From positions 32,001-96,000 of the IMG/VR virus record IMGVR_UViG_3300044719_000253: a stretch of DNA of 64,000 nt; one strand, given 5' to 3'. A program made the translations under genes and the position numbers. Shown piece after piece: positions 33,428 through 43,178 of the stretch. The notes under the pieces are model-generated. The model made no database searches. It saw only the letters and a program-made list of their open reading frames with translations, and was not told where the DNA came from. Source of the DNA: a virus (taxonomy: Duplodnaviria; Caudoviricetes). Numbering within the stretch: position 1 is the first letter of the stretch; every line of letters starts with the position of its first letter.

Positions 33428-36400
33428 TTAACGTTGATCGTCAATCGCCAGACTGCCGGCATAGATCCCACCATCCACATAGAACGCCCATACATCCTTG
33501 GCGTTGGCGGTGGTGGTGCGCGGGGGCAAATTACCACCCGCCCACTGGACCGAATTACCGAAGCTCATGGCCCGGCCTCCGGTGGAGTCATTGATAGTAA
33601 TCAGCGTGAAGTTGAAGATCTCACCATTCGGTGCTGGGGGCGGATTAGTGAAGGTGATTGTGGTATTGGCCGCAATCGTGACTTTGAATACCGTAGCGCC
33701 ATCGCCGTTGTTCAAGTCGATGGTGGTGGCTGCTGTATTCGCCGTGATGTTGCGCACCTTTTCCCGGGCATTACCAAAGATCGGCAAGCCCGAGATTGGC
33801 AGATAATGCAAACACTGCACCACCCCCGACGCTCGCCCCACCACCACCGCCCAGTCACCGGCTTGTGTAACGATATCTTGTCCGGTCGGCAAAACCAACG
33901 AGGCTCCATTCTTCAGCGTCAGGCTGGCCGAAAAGTGCAAGAAACGCATGTGACCATCCGCCAGCAACAACGAGTTGATCGTGGTCGTGCCTGTGATTTC
34001 CACCACGTTACTGAGTACCGAATCCAGATTCACTGTCGCCGCTGCCGCCAAGCTAACCCCAGCAGCAAAGTTCAATGCCCCAGTCATGCTGTCGCCCGCT
34101 TTGTTGACCGGAGTATAAGTCAACTTAGCGAGAATTGATGCCTGGGTTTCATCGCCAGTATTCGAGCCGCTCAGCACGGACACACCAAGTTTCGACAGAA
34201 TCGAACCTTGGGTTTCGTCACCAGTGTTACTACCCGATAGCGTGCTGATCCCCAGTTTCGATTTGATGGTGGCCGCAGTTTCGTCGCCGGTGTTGGTGCC
34301 CGAGTTGACCCCGGTGATATCGGACAGCATGGCCACGGTACCATTCTTGTCGGGCATGACATACGCCCGGGGTACCGTGTTGTTGTTTTCCAGGGTCGAG
34401 GTGACCGTGCCGGCATTATTGATCAGATTCAGCTTATAACCCGTCATTCCGGCCACGCCATCCGTGGCGTTGATGCGGCTCGGCGCTATCGGCGTATAGC
34501 CCAATGCCCCCGTCACCATTGCGGCCGTGATGGCCGAAATATAACCGGCCGGGTTCGAGGCGTTATACGGCACATACCCGATGTTGGTTTCCAGCGCATC
34601 CCAGTTGGTGTTCACCTGACCCGGACTATCCACCAAAGCCCGGATCGAGTCGCCAATATTCAATTGGTTACCGCCGATGTTACCGGCCACCGAGATGAAG
34701 AACAGGTTACCTTTCTTGATCGCGCCCCCAGCGCCGGTCCCGCCCGTGGCTGGATAACTGCCAGTGGACGCATCCCAGCTACCGCAATCAACCACCACAC
34801 TGGTCAAGCGGCCGTCCATGTAATTCTTGACCGCCGACGTGGTCGGGTACTTCACGTTGTCGATCGTGCTAAAATCCGTGGCTTTGTTGCTGAGATTTTC
34901 TTTCAGATTCAGCGCGGTTTGCTGTGCGGTACTGACCGGTTTGTTGGCGTCACTGGTGTTGCTGACTTGGTCCAAACTCATCAAGGACTTAACCTGGGTG
35001 GTGGTCAAAGTCTCAACATTCCCTGATCCAGCACTGGCTCGCCCCAACATCATCCCAGTAGCGATCTGTGCCATTTTGGCCAGCGTCACCGAGTTAGGGC
35101 TGATCGTGGCCGGGAAGGTGCCGGTGCCGCTACCCGTGACATCACCGGTCAAAGTGATGGTTTGGTCGCCAGTGTTTGAACCGGTGACTTGAGTCGCACC
35201 CAACTTTTGCAAAATACTGGCTTGGGTCTCATCCCCAGTGTTCACCCCAGACGAGGTTCCCGCCAAGTCCGATAACATCGCCACCGTACCGTCTTTGTCC
35301 GGGAAGGTGTATGTACGCGCCGCTGTAGCGTCGTTACTGAGGAACGAAGTGAAGGTGCCGAGGTTGTTAATGAAGTTGTGCTTAAACCCGGTCGTTCCCA
35401 CCACGCCGTTGTTGGCGTTCTTATCAGTCGTCTTGAGCGGCGTGTACCCGAGTGCGGTCGTGACCATCGCCGACGTAATGCCAGAGATGTAACCGGCTGG
35501 GTTGGACGAGTTATACGGCACGTAACCCAGGTTCGATTCCAACACGCCCCAGTTCGATGGCGTTTGACCGGGGTTATCCACCAAAGCACGGAAGGAATCC
35601 CCGACATTGACTGACATGCCACCCAGCGTACCAGCCACCGACACATACCACAGATTGCCTTTCTTAATGGCCCCATTCAAACCACTACCACCGTTGGTGG
35701 GGAATTGATTGAGTGAGGCATTCCAGTTCCCGCAATCTTTCACGAGACCGACCACCAGCGCATCGGCATACGTCTTCACTGCTTGCACACTCGGGTACAG
35801 TGAGTCATTCACCACACTGAAGTCAGTGACTTTGTTGGCGACGTCTTCTTTGGTGGCCAGTTTGGCGGTGTAATCGTTGATAGCGTTGTTGATCTGGGTT
35901 TGCAGTTTACTGATGGCATTCACCACCGTATCGCCACTGGTCACCGCACCCGTCACGCCATTTACATAGTTGCTCAGCACTGATTGAATCGAGCGCAGCT
36001 GCGTGAAGTATTTGTTGGTATTACCTTCCGCCACTGAATCGGTATTTGCGATCAGCGTGGTGAGTTGGGCGTAGGCGGCGCCATTCCAGTAATACAATAC
36101 CGAGGCGGCCAAATCGATGTAAATCCGTTTGGGCACCCCTTGGTTGGGGAGCGCGGCGGAACTCGTGACTGTCACCACGTTATCAAAGTCACCGGTATTT
36201 ACCCCGGACAGGGTCGTGATGCCAAGTTTATTCTTGATAGTGGTGGCGGTTTCATCGCCGGTGTTCACCCCACTGTTGGTACCAGTGATATCCGAGAGTA
36301 ATGCAAGGGTGCCGCTGTTGTCCGGCAGATTCCAATTGCGACCCGCCGTGGCGTTATTGATCAGGTAGCCCTTGGTGTTGTTGACATTGTTGATGAGGGC

Positions 36401-36805
36401 CAACAGATTCCCTTCGTAACCCACATACCCATTGGGTGCGCTTTTGTTACTGGATGATTCTTTGCCTTGCAGCTGTGCCAACAGGTCATTGATCGCGGCT
36501 TGCACCACCGTCGACATTGGTTTGTCGGCATCGGCGGTGTTGTTGATTTGATCCAAACCCAAGTTGATACGGGCTTGTTGTTGTTGGGCTGGGTTGTAGG
36601 TCACCTGGGTGTCGGTGCGCAGCAGGTTATTTCCTTGCGCGGTCAAGGCATCAAACTTGGCTTGGGCCAGGCGCGCCTGTTTGGCCAACGATGGGATCTT
36701 ACCGGCCGGGGTGTCCACGTCGGTATTGGCGTCACCGCCAGCCACCAACCCAGCAATTTGCATGCTCGTTTTAAACCCGGCAATCAGGTTGTCCATGTCA
36801 GACAT
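33428..36805 (-). CDS. long tail fibre protein
   Basis: GDANTDVDTPAGKIPSLAK anchor; QQQQARINLG; repeated SG.NTGDET units; duplicated ~140-aa block (DCG.W.AS...IKKGNL...LGYTP); C-terminal beta-sandwich. Confidence 0.85.
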   Translation of the reverse strand: MSDMDNLIAGFKTSMQIAGLVAGGDANTDVDTPAGKIPSLAKQARLAQAKFDALTAQGNNLLRTDTQVTYNPAQQQQARINLGLDQINNTADADKPMSTVVQAAINDLLAQLQGKESSSNKSAPNGYVGYEGNLLALINNVNNTKGYLINNATAGRNWNLPDNSGTLALLSDITGTNSGVNTGDETATTIKNKLGITTLSGVNTGDFDNVVTVTSSAALPNQGVPKRIYIDLAASVLYYWNGAAYAQLTTLIANTDSVAEGNTNKYFTQLRSIQSVLSNYVNGVTGAVTSGDTVVNAISKLQTQINNAINDYTAKLATKEDVANKVTDFSVVNDSLYPSVQAVKTYADALVVGLVKDCGNWNASLNQFPTNGGSGLNGAIKKGNLWYVSVAGTLGGMSVNVGDSFRALVDNPGQTPSNWGVLESNLGYVPYNSSNPAGYISGITSAMVTTALGYTPLKTTDKNANNGVVGTTGFKHNFINNLGTFTSFLSNDATAARTYTFPDKDGTVAMLSDLAGTSSGVNTGDETQASILQKLGATQVTGSNTGDQTITLTGDVTGSGTGTFPATISPNSVTLAKMAQIATGMMLGRASAGSGNVETLTTTQVKSLMSLDQVSNTSDANKPVSTAQQTALNLKENLSNKATDFSTIDNVKYPTTSAVKNYMDGRLTSVVVDCGSWDASTGSYPATGGTGAGGAIKKGNLFFISVAGNIGGNQLNIGDSIRALVDSPGQVNTNWDALETNIGYVPYNASNPAGYISAITAAMVTGALGYTPIAPSRINATDGVAGMTGYKLNLINNAGTVTSTLENNNTVPRAYVMPDKNGTVAMLSDITGVNSGTNTGDETAATIKSKLGISTLSGSNTGDETQGSILSKLGVSVLSGSNTGDETQASILAKLTYTPVNKAGDSMTGALNFAAGVSLAAAATVNLDSVLSNVVEITGTTTINSLLLADGHMRFLHFSASLTLKNGASLVLPTGQDIVTQAGDWAVVVGRASGVVQCLHYLPISGLPIFGNAREKVRNITANTAATTIDLNNGDGATVFKVTIAANTTITFTNPPPAPNGEIFNFTLITINDSTGGRAMSFGNSVQWAGGNLPPRTTTANAKDVWAFYVDGGIYAGSLAIDDQR

Positions 36806-36829
36806 GCGTGTTCCTTTTGTATGGAAAAG

Positions 36830-37324
36830 TTACGACTGTGGAAAGAGAGTCGCGGCGGATTGGGTCAAGAAGGTGAAGAGATCGGGGGCGCTGGCCGGAA
36901 TCCCATTCAGTATCGTTACCTCGGTATTCCCAAGCCACGCCAGCGAGCTATCGGCAGCACTTAACAAGAACGTCACCGGTACTCCGGTTTCGGTTACCGG
37001 TAAGATGGTGTTGGTCACATCTTCGGCCGTCATCTGGGCATTCTTGCTGGCATTGATATTGGCCAGTAAGCTGTCGATGGTGAATGGGGCTTCTTGAATT
37101 GCGTTGATGGTCCCCATGGCGGTCAAATTGACCCGGGTGTAAAACAGGTCCACCTGACCACTGTAGCCCGTCTGCGGGCCGCGCGAGCGCATGGTGACAC
37201 GAGTGTTATGGTCGTTGGCGTTATCGATCAACATCCCATCCAACGCCACCGTATCCGGGGTGATGGGATAAGTGGGATGGTTCTTGGCCACGACCATTTG
37301 AAGAATCCGGTCGGTACTGGACAT
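36830..37324 (-). CDS. phiKZ-like small virion/tail adaptor protein
   Basis: HNTRVTM...GYSGQVDLFYTR paralog motif. Confidence 0.7.
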   Translation of the reverse strand: MSSTDRILQMVVAKNHPTYPITPDTVALDGMLIDNANDHNTRVTMRSRGPQTGYSGQVDLFYTRVNLTAMGTINAIQEAPFTIDSLLANINASKNAQMTAEDVTNTILPVTETGVPVTFLLSAADSSLAWLGNTEVTILNGIPASAPDLFTFLTQSAATLFPQS

Positions 37325-37354
37325 AAGACACCTTGTTTAACAAACATCAAAAAA

Positions 37355-37408
37355 GAGAGCATCCCTACCCTTACTGCCACAAGGACGAGTAAGGGTAGGG
37401 ATGCTCTC
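37355..37408. terminator. 21-bp perfect hairpin
   Basis: GAGAGCATCCCTACCCTTACT...AGTAAGGGTAGGGATGCTCTC; T-run follows on the minus strand. Confidence 0.7.
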
Positions 37409-37418
37409 GTATGGTGAA

Positions 37419-37997
37419 TCACCCCGCGGGGGGTGGAGACGGGAAAGCAAACCCGTTGAGCAGGTTGTCGCCCGAGAGCTGCGAGATGGTCGGCAAGATG
37501 AAACCGCTCAGCAAGTTCTGGGTCAGGTAATCACTGATCAGGGTCTTGCCACCGACAGCCGTCAACACCAGCATGTTGATGTACACGTACGACCCGGGTT
37601 TGGCACGTAACAAGAAGTTGTGATTATTCAGCGTGGAGTCGGAGAAGTCCGGCAGCACATCGTCGTAATAATCTTCCGGTTGCAGATTCAGGTTGTACGC
37701 CGCATTGATGGTGGGCACCACTTCGTGCATGTAACGCCAGGACGGATCCATGGTGAATTCCGTGCTCCGTAGACCCGGAATCATCCCCATATCAACCCGG
37801 TTATACGTGACGTTGCGGCTACCGCTATACGGGCTCCCAGGGGTGGCGGTGATCAACATTCCCGTGTTGCGACTGGCGTTGGTCAACACGGTCGGTGCAC
37901 TGAAACTGACATCGGCCGTGGTCAGCGCACAACCGTTGGTTTGATTGATCAGATCAACCAAAATCTCCAACGGCATCTTGGTAAAATCAGTCGCCAT
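37419..37997 (-). CDS. phiKZ-like small virion/tail adaptor protein
   Basis: ILVDLINQTN...DVSFSAPT...RNT...SPYSGSRNVTYNR. Confidence 0.7.
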   Translation of the reverse strand: MATDFTKMPLEILVDLINQTNGCALTTADVSFSAPTVLTNASRNTGMLITATPGSPYSGSRNVTYNRVDMGMIPGLRSTEFTMDPSWRYMHEVVPTINAAYNLNLQPEDYYDDVLPDFSDSTLNNHNFLLRAKPGSYVYINMLVLTAVGGKTLISDYLTQNLLSGFILPTISQLSGDNLLNGFAFPSPPPAG

Positions 37998-38059
37998 AGT
38001 GGCTCCTATTTTGAATTCAATAAAAAGCTATTCAGGGTGGCATAGAATAAAAGCCAACG

Positions 38060-39421
38060 TCACGCCGCACTGGATTCGGTCACGGGGGTGACGAATACAT
38101 TCAGCGCCATTGTGCTGGTAAAGCGCTGGGCTGTGACCCCGGGATCGCGCAGATGGGTGTACCAGTGCGCTCCCTGTAATACCCCCATGACTTCGGCCAC
38201 CTCATCACCATCCAGGTACATGACCTTAACGGGCATCCCAGGATAGATCAACTCGGGGTCAGCGTTTTCCCACACCAATGACATGCCACTGCCTTGACGG
38301 GCCGCTAAGGCCGAGAATTCAACAAAGGGGTTGGCATTGATATTACGCAAACCCGCGGTAACGTAGTTAATCCCGTTCGGCCGTTCCTCCGTGATGATTT
38401 CGGTATTGGCCTTACTGCGCGTCGCGATAGCTTTGTTATCCTTCACCGTCACAAAGCTTTCCAGTAGCTGATCAGCATCAGCAAACCGCACCCCGTTACC
38501 CCGATTAAGTTGCGCCAAGTTGCGCAGTTCACGGATATTCACTTGACCAGTAGCGAGCACCACCAGGTTGTCACCATCCTTGCGGTAAGTGCGTTCAATC
38601 CCTGGCAGTCGATGCGGCGGGATATTCACAATGGTCAGAGTCGGATCGCCATCTTGAAACCGTGTCGTGTCATGTGAGGGAAATACGTACCACTGCGTGT
38701 CTTGCAGATAGTACCCCAAACCCGCTGCGTACAACCCCCCGCAGTGATAATGCACATGGTGCGGGATATCGACTGCCTTGACTTTGTGCGGGATGATCAC
38801 ATGCTCGCGTTTCTTGCGATTTGAAGCTGGCACCATCTTCACGCCGGTGATGGCGCGGCTGCTGTCGACCTGCACTTTTTGTGCGGTTTCCAGTAACACG
38901 GCCTTTACCACATCTTCCCCGGTCATGTTGCGTCGAATCCCGCCCGCGGAAATCGTGCGGAACTGTTCCAGCGCTTTATTCAACAACTGAAAGCGCACGG
39001 TCGGGATATCAATCCGGTTCAAATCTTCTTCGGACGTGATGATACCGATGTTGTTGGCCACGATCGGGTTACCGGTATCGATCATGACCGCGGCATACCG
39101 CTCGACTTGTGGCGGTGTGTCCATCTCCACCGCATCACTGGTTTCACCGATCGCCACTCGCTTCAATTCGATTTCCACGTTGTTGGCATTCGGATACAAA
39201 CGCTTGGCGTAAGTCCCGAGTGGAATCATCACATCCAGCAACATGTAGTCCGTGAAGTTGTGTAGATAGTCCCGGTCGATGTCGATCGACAGCAGCTTAA
39301 ACGGTTTGATGGTTTCTTCGCCGGCATAGATCGTGATATCCCACACATGGTGTACGGTTTTACTGCCTGTTCTCACAATCGCTTGGACTTCGCGCCAGAG
39401 CGATGAATTTTCAATGTCCAT
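38060..39421 (-). CDS. phiKZ-like virion structural protein (possibly baseplate hub-like)
   Basis: 453 aa at the edge of the conserved structural block; assignment from position and recalled family features. Confidence 0.6.
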   Translation of the reverse strand: MDIENSSLWREVQAIVRTGSKTVHHVWDITIYAGEETIKPFKLLSIDIDRDYLHNFTDYMLLDVMIPLGTYAKRLYPNANNVEIELKRVAIGETSDAVEMDTPPQVERYAAVMIDTGNPIVANNIGIITSEEDLNRIDIPTVRFQLLNKALEQFRTISAGGIRRNMTGEDVVKAVLLETAQKVQVDSSRAITGVKMVPASNRKKREHVIIPHKVKAVDIPHHVHYHCGGLYAAGLGYYLQDTQWYVFPSHDTTRFQDGDPTLTIVNIPPHRLPGIERTYRKDGDNLVVLATGQVNIRELRNLAQLNRGNGVRFADADQLLESFVTVKDNKAIATRSKANTEIITEERPNGINYVTAGLRNINANPFVEFSALAARQGSGMSLVWENADPELIYPGMPVKVMYLDGDEVAEVMGVLQGAHWYTHLRDPGVTAQRFTSTMALNVFVTPVTESSAA

Positions 39422-39432
39422 CGTCCCGTCCC

Positions 39433-40146
39433 TTATTTGTACTGTAAGCCGAGTTGCCGTCGTTCCTCAAACAACTTGGCCAGACTGTTTCGTTTCGGCA
39501 GAGTCGGATCTTCCACAATCGGATCGAGTTCCATCACGCCATGCTCATTAACTGCCGGCGGGGTCGTAGCAGCGATCTCAGCATGGGTGCCATATTGGCG
39601 ACCAACGCTCGATCCACCTGGCGTCTCGGGCAAAGTCTCGGGTTGGAGTTGCTTGTTGCGAATCCGATCGCCCAGCTTAGCAAACGGGTCGCGGGCCCGG
39701 GCCCGTCGCGCAAAGCCCGCGTGTTGTAGATTATCTCGCAGGCCATAGCGGGCATGCTGAAACACCGCATCGGCGAACTGGTCGAGTCGGATGAGTTCAG
39801 CCATGGTTTGCGGATCTCCAGTAACGTTTTCCGATTGCGCCAACACCTGGTTCATTACCGTTAAGTGATTGTGGATCAGTTTGTAGACTTCTTCACAATC
39901 GGTGCGTTTGATGAACTTAACCGGATACCCGCTGCTGTAGTGTGCTTCCAGTTTCGAAATCGGCCACATCACGATGTGTTCGTATTTGTCCAACTCACGA
40001 TCCACATCAGCGTTGCCGGTGGTGGGGGTGCCGTAGAGTTTGATGTCTTCTGCACTCCGGGCATGGTGCGGGTTAATACGCACTTGAAACAGTTTGTTGA
40101 ACAGATACCACCCGGTGCTCCGTTCCGACTCTGGGATGTAGCTCAT
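39433..40146 (-). CDS. phiKZ-like conserved hypothetical protein
   Basis: Start trimmed to MSYIPES (TAATG coupling with the upstream stop). Confidence 0.65.
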   Translation of the reverse strand: MSYIPESERSTGWYLFNKLFQVRINPHHARSAEDIKLYGTPTTGNADVDRELDKYEHIVMWPISKLEAHYSSGYPVKFIKRTDCEEVYKLIHNHLTVMNQVLAQSENVTGDPQTMAELIRLDQFADAVFQHARYGLRDNLQHAGFARRARARDPFAKLGDRIRNKQLQPETLPETPGGSSVGRQYGTHAEIAATTPPAVNEHGVMELDPIVEDPTLPKRNSLAKLFEERRQLGLQYK

Positions 40147-41510
40147 TACATTCTCCGAATAGCTCCGCGGATCATGGCCAGCAAAAATGGCATTTGGTAG
40201 AATTGCTCCAGTGGGGTCCAGCTGGTATAGCTGACGCACAACTGCAGCAACATCCGCAGCGGAATCGCCCGGTCATCCAGATAGTTCTGGAAAGCCAGTT
40301 CCAATGCCGATTGGCCGGGATTGACCGCTTGATAAAATTGAGGGGAAAACACGTACGTGTCGCTTTGCGAACTGTTAATCGCCGGGGCATCAAAATTCGG
40401 CAAACCATTCAGTTCACTGATTTGGATCACGTCAGCCAAACTGACCAACTGGCTTGGGGTGGCTTTGATCACCGTGTCGCTCAGTGGTTTGCTTTGGTCG
40501 TAACGTTGGTAATCGATCGACTTGACTGCATTCACCGGATAGACCACATAGTCGACACCAGCATAGCGGATCGAGTTCATCACTGGGTCGCGCGAAAATG
40601 CTTGTGCGGTCACCAGACCGACTTTGGTCATCGCGCCCACCAGCTCCTTACGTCGTTTCTTTTGTAGTGCCGTCCAGATGTTGGGGGTGAGGTAGTTGTC
40701 GTCTTCTTGCACATTCAGTTCGCGCACCAACTTGATGTTCGGGTGATTCGCATCGCGCAGCATCGAGAGCACGCTACGGGTCAAGAACGGATCGTACACC
40801 ACGTAATCTTGACCCGGCACCAACAAGGTCCGGCGCTCTTGGCTCATGAAGCGAGTGAAGTAGTAATCGACGAGTTCGGCATGGTATTGCTCCAACTTGG
40901 TCATGACGTCGTAGTCGTCGATATCCACCAACCCATGTTGACCATTTTCCAACATGTCGGCCACATACTTGACAGTCTGCACGGTCTTGGCGTTCAAGTC
41001 CACGATACGAGCATCTTGATCGGACCAAGCCACCAGCTTGTAATCGACAATATACGCTCCCACCCGCATGATGGTGCGCTTTTCCGAATTGGTGATTTCA
41101 AACACCGCCTCGCGGCCATCACCCACATCCGCCAAGAAACAATCCCCTTCGTTCGGGATCAAGCCGCAGGGGTAGACGTTCGCTTGTCCAGTGACATGGA
41201 ACTCTTTGGTCTGCTGGTCTTGCGTAGTATTGAGCGGCGTGGTGACTTTCAATTCCAGACCGACAATCAACTTGTACTGCTGATAAGCTGCCGGCCGGTC
41301 CAGGTTCTGACCCGACAAAGCATTGTCTTTCCCCAGCACCTGGCTGTAGTAATTCACCGACCATGAGGCCCCTTCGATGTGGGTCAGAAGCGATTCGATC
41401 GGCTCATAGCGGGTGTCAACAGTGACTCCACGGAATTCATCCGCGACCACCTTCACCGCCACCGGCGGATTGATCGGCGGGGTCAACGGGGTATCTTCAA
41501 TGATGGGCAT
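40146..41510 (-). CDS. phiKZ-like virion structural protein
   Basis: LLTHIEGASWSVNYYSQ...LELKV...PNEGDCFLADVGDGR motif recalled from phiKZ-like structural proteins. Confidence 0.7.
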   Translation of the reverse strand: MPIIEDTPLTPPINPPVAVKVVADEFRGVTVDTRYEPIESLLTHIEGASWSVNYYSQVLGKDNALSGQNLDRPAAYQQYKLIVGLELKVTTPLNTTQDQQTKEFHVTGQANVYPCGLIPNEGDCFLADVGDGREAVFEITNSEKRTIMRVGAYIVDYKLVAWSDQDARIVDLNAKTVQTVKYVADMLENGQHGLVDIDDYDVMTKLEQYHAELVDYYFTRFMSQERRTLLVPGQDYVVYDPFLTRSVLSMLRDANHPNIKLVRELNVQEDDNYLTPNIWTALQKKRRKELVGAMTKVGLVTAQAFSRDPVMNSIRYAGVDYVVYPVNAVKSIDYQRYDQSKPLSDTVIKATPSQLVSLADVIQISELNGLPNFDAPAINSSQSDTYVFSPQFYQAVNPGQSALELAFQNYLDDRAIPLRMLLQLCVSYTSWTPLEQFYQMPFLLAMIRGAIRRM

Positions 41511-41523
41511 AATTCTTTTTCCT

Positions 41524-43068
41524 TTATACCGCGAAAGTCTCCGCGAACACGGTCTGGACTGTGTACATCATTCCAGTCGGTCCAGGCGTCAAAACATTTT
41601 TCGTCGGGCGTAAGTTATTGATCGCGATCAAGAGGCTGGTCTTTGAGACGAAATTGTCGTCAATCAAGACGGGCAGGAAACCGCGTTCTTTGAGGGAGGG
41701 GTCGATCGCTTGTAACATCAGAATCGCTGCACGCCCATGGTCTTGCATGCGTTGCAGTGCACCACCGCGCAAGCTTTGCCAATCGGTGAACAGACTGATC
41801 CGCAAATGGTGTTGCACCCGATAGTTCGTCGACAGCGCACCTATTACATTCAGATTGGCGTCCACCGTAAAGGGTGTTGGATTATTAGCGATCAAGAATT
41901 CATTCTTGTACAAGGCCAGGTGAATCGCCGTGGCGCCAGGAATCGTTAAGTAATCCCGCTCCGCGCGGATGTATTCGAGCACATCCGGATGAAATTGTCG
42001 GCTCTTCAAATCACCGAGATTTAAGAACTGGTGCGGGTTGGTGTCATCCAGCGTAAACAACACCGTCAGCAAGCGTCGGGTATTCGGGGTGACCATCCGC
42101 GGCCAGAACTCATCAAAAGCGGGGATCGAAAACCCGAAGTCTTGGATTTGTTGGTCGCTCCACTGGCCGGTTTCAAACGAGTTAAAAATGCGCGCCGTCA
42201 AGGCGTAGCTTTTTTCGACATCACTCGGATCCGTCAGCGGGGTATCGCGATACTTAGCATCCAGCAGTTGGTTATGTACTACGATTGGATAGATCATCTC
42301 GATCCGAGTCGGACGGGCATAACGGAACTTGTAATTAAACGACGCAGTCCAGGTCGGACCATCACTATCCTTTTGCGGTTCTTCCGGCAACTCCCAATCG
42401 AACCAACCTTGTATGCGGGTCTGGGTCTCGGGCACTGCCCACAACCGCGCCGTCCCATTCAGATTGGTAAGCAACGTCATCTTGGGGGTACGATTGTTAG
42501 CGAAATACGTATCGAAGTCTTCCCCGAATCCCGCCACGTTTTCGCGCAGTCGGTGCAGTTCCTTCAAGATGTACAAACACTCATCCGGAATCCCGAACGA
42601 ATATGTAACGTTATGCAGATACAGTTCGCGTTTCTGGCTCATACGCGCTTTGACGAAATCGCGCCATTGCATCGCCAGGGTTTTGTTGTTGGCCCGGAAC
42701 TTGATACTGACCGTCGCTTCCATCTGGGCATAGATCGGTTTCATCACGATCGACAGTGGCGCGTCTTGAAACACCAGCAAGTTCTCAGGACGTTCCACCG
42801 CGTCTTGGTGCCCCAATTCATTGAAATAGCTTTCAGCCACTTCAATCGAGATTTTGTCATTGTGGGCAAAGGTGTTCGGATCGTCTTTTTCATCCGCGGT
42901 ACCGATGGCCGAATTGAGTTGTTTCGAGCGTTCCAAATCGCCGAAGTAGACGATGTTGGTTTTCTTAGAAATCCCAGTAAGAGACATGAGTTGGCGCACT
43001 ACGTCCAGCATCACCGGACGGGTCACACTCTCCACAGTCTCCGGGATCGGGAGTGAAATCATGGGCAT
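41524..43068 (-). CDS. phiKZ-like virion structural protein
   Basis: Start trimmed to MPMISLPIPET; YSFGIP, WFDW..P..., YKFRYARP motifs. Confidence 0.7.
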   Translation of the reverse strand: MPMISLPIPETVESVTRPVMLDVVRQLMSLTGISKKTNIVYFGDLERSKQLNSAIGTADEKDDPNTFAHNDKISIEVAESYFNELGHQDAVERPENLLVFQDAPLSIVMKPIYAQMEATVSIKFRANNKTLAMQWRDFVKARMSQKRELYLHNVTYSFGIPDECLYILKELHRLRENVAGFGEDFDTYFANNRTPKMTLLTNLNGTARLWAVPETQTRIQGWFDWELPEEPQKDSDGPTWTASFNYKFRYARPTRIEMIYPIVVHNQLLDAKYRDTPLTDPSDVEKSYALTARIFNSFETGQWSDQQIQDFGFSIPAFDEFWPRMVTPNTRRLLTVLFTLDDTNPHQFLNLGDLKSRQFHPDVLEYIRAERDYLTIPGATAIHLALYKNEFLIANNPTPFTVDANLNVIGALSTNYRVQHHLRISLFTDWQSLRGGALQRMQDHGRAAILMLQAIDPSLKERGFLPVLIDDNFVSKTSLLIAINNLRPTKNVLTPGPTGMMYTVQTVFAETFAV

Positions 43069-43178
43069 GATAGGGTTCCTAATGGAAACGGTTTTAGCTT
43101 CATAACATCCATCCCGTCTGAAAGGGCATAAATAGACCACCTGCCCATGAGGGCAGGCAGTCCATTCGTAGGCCAGGG

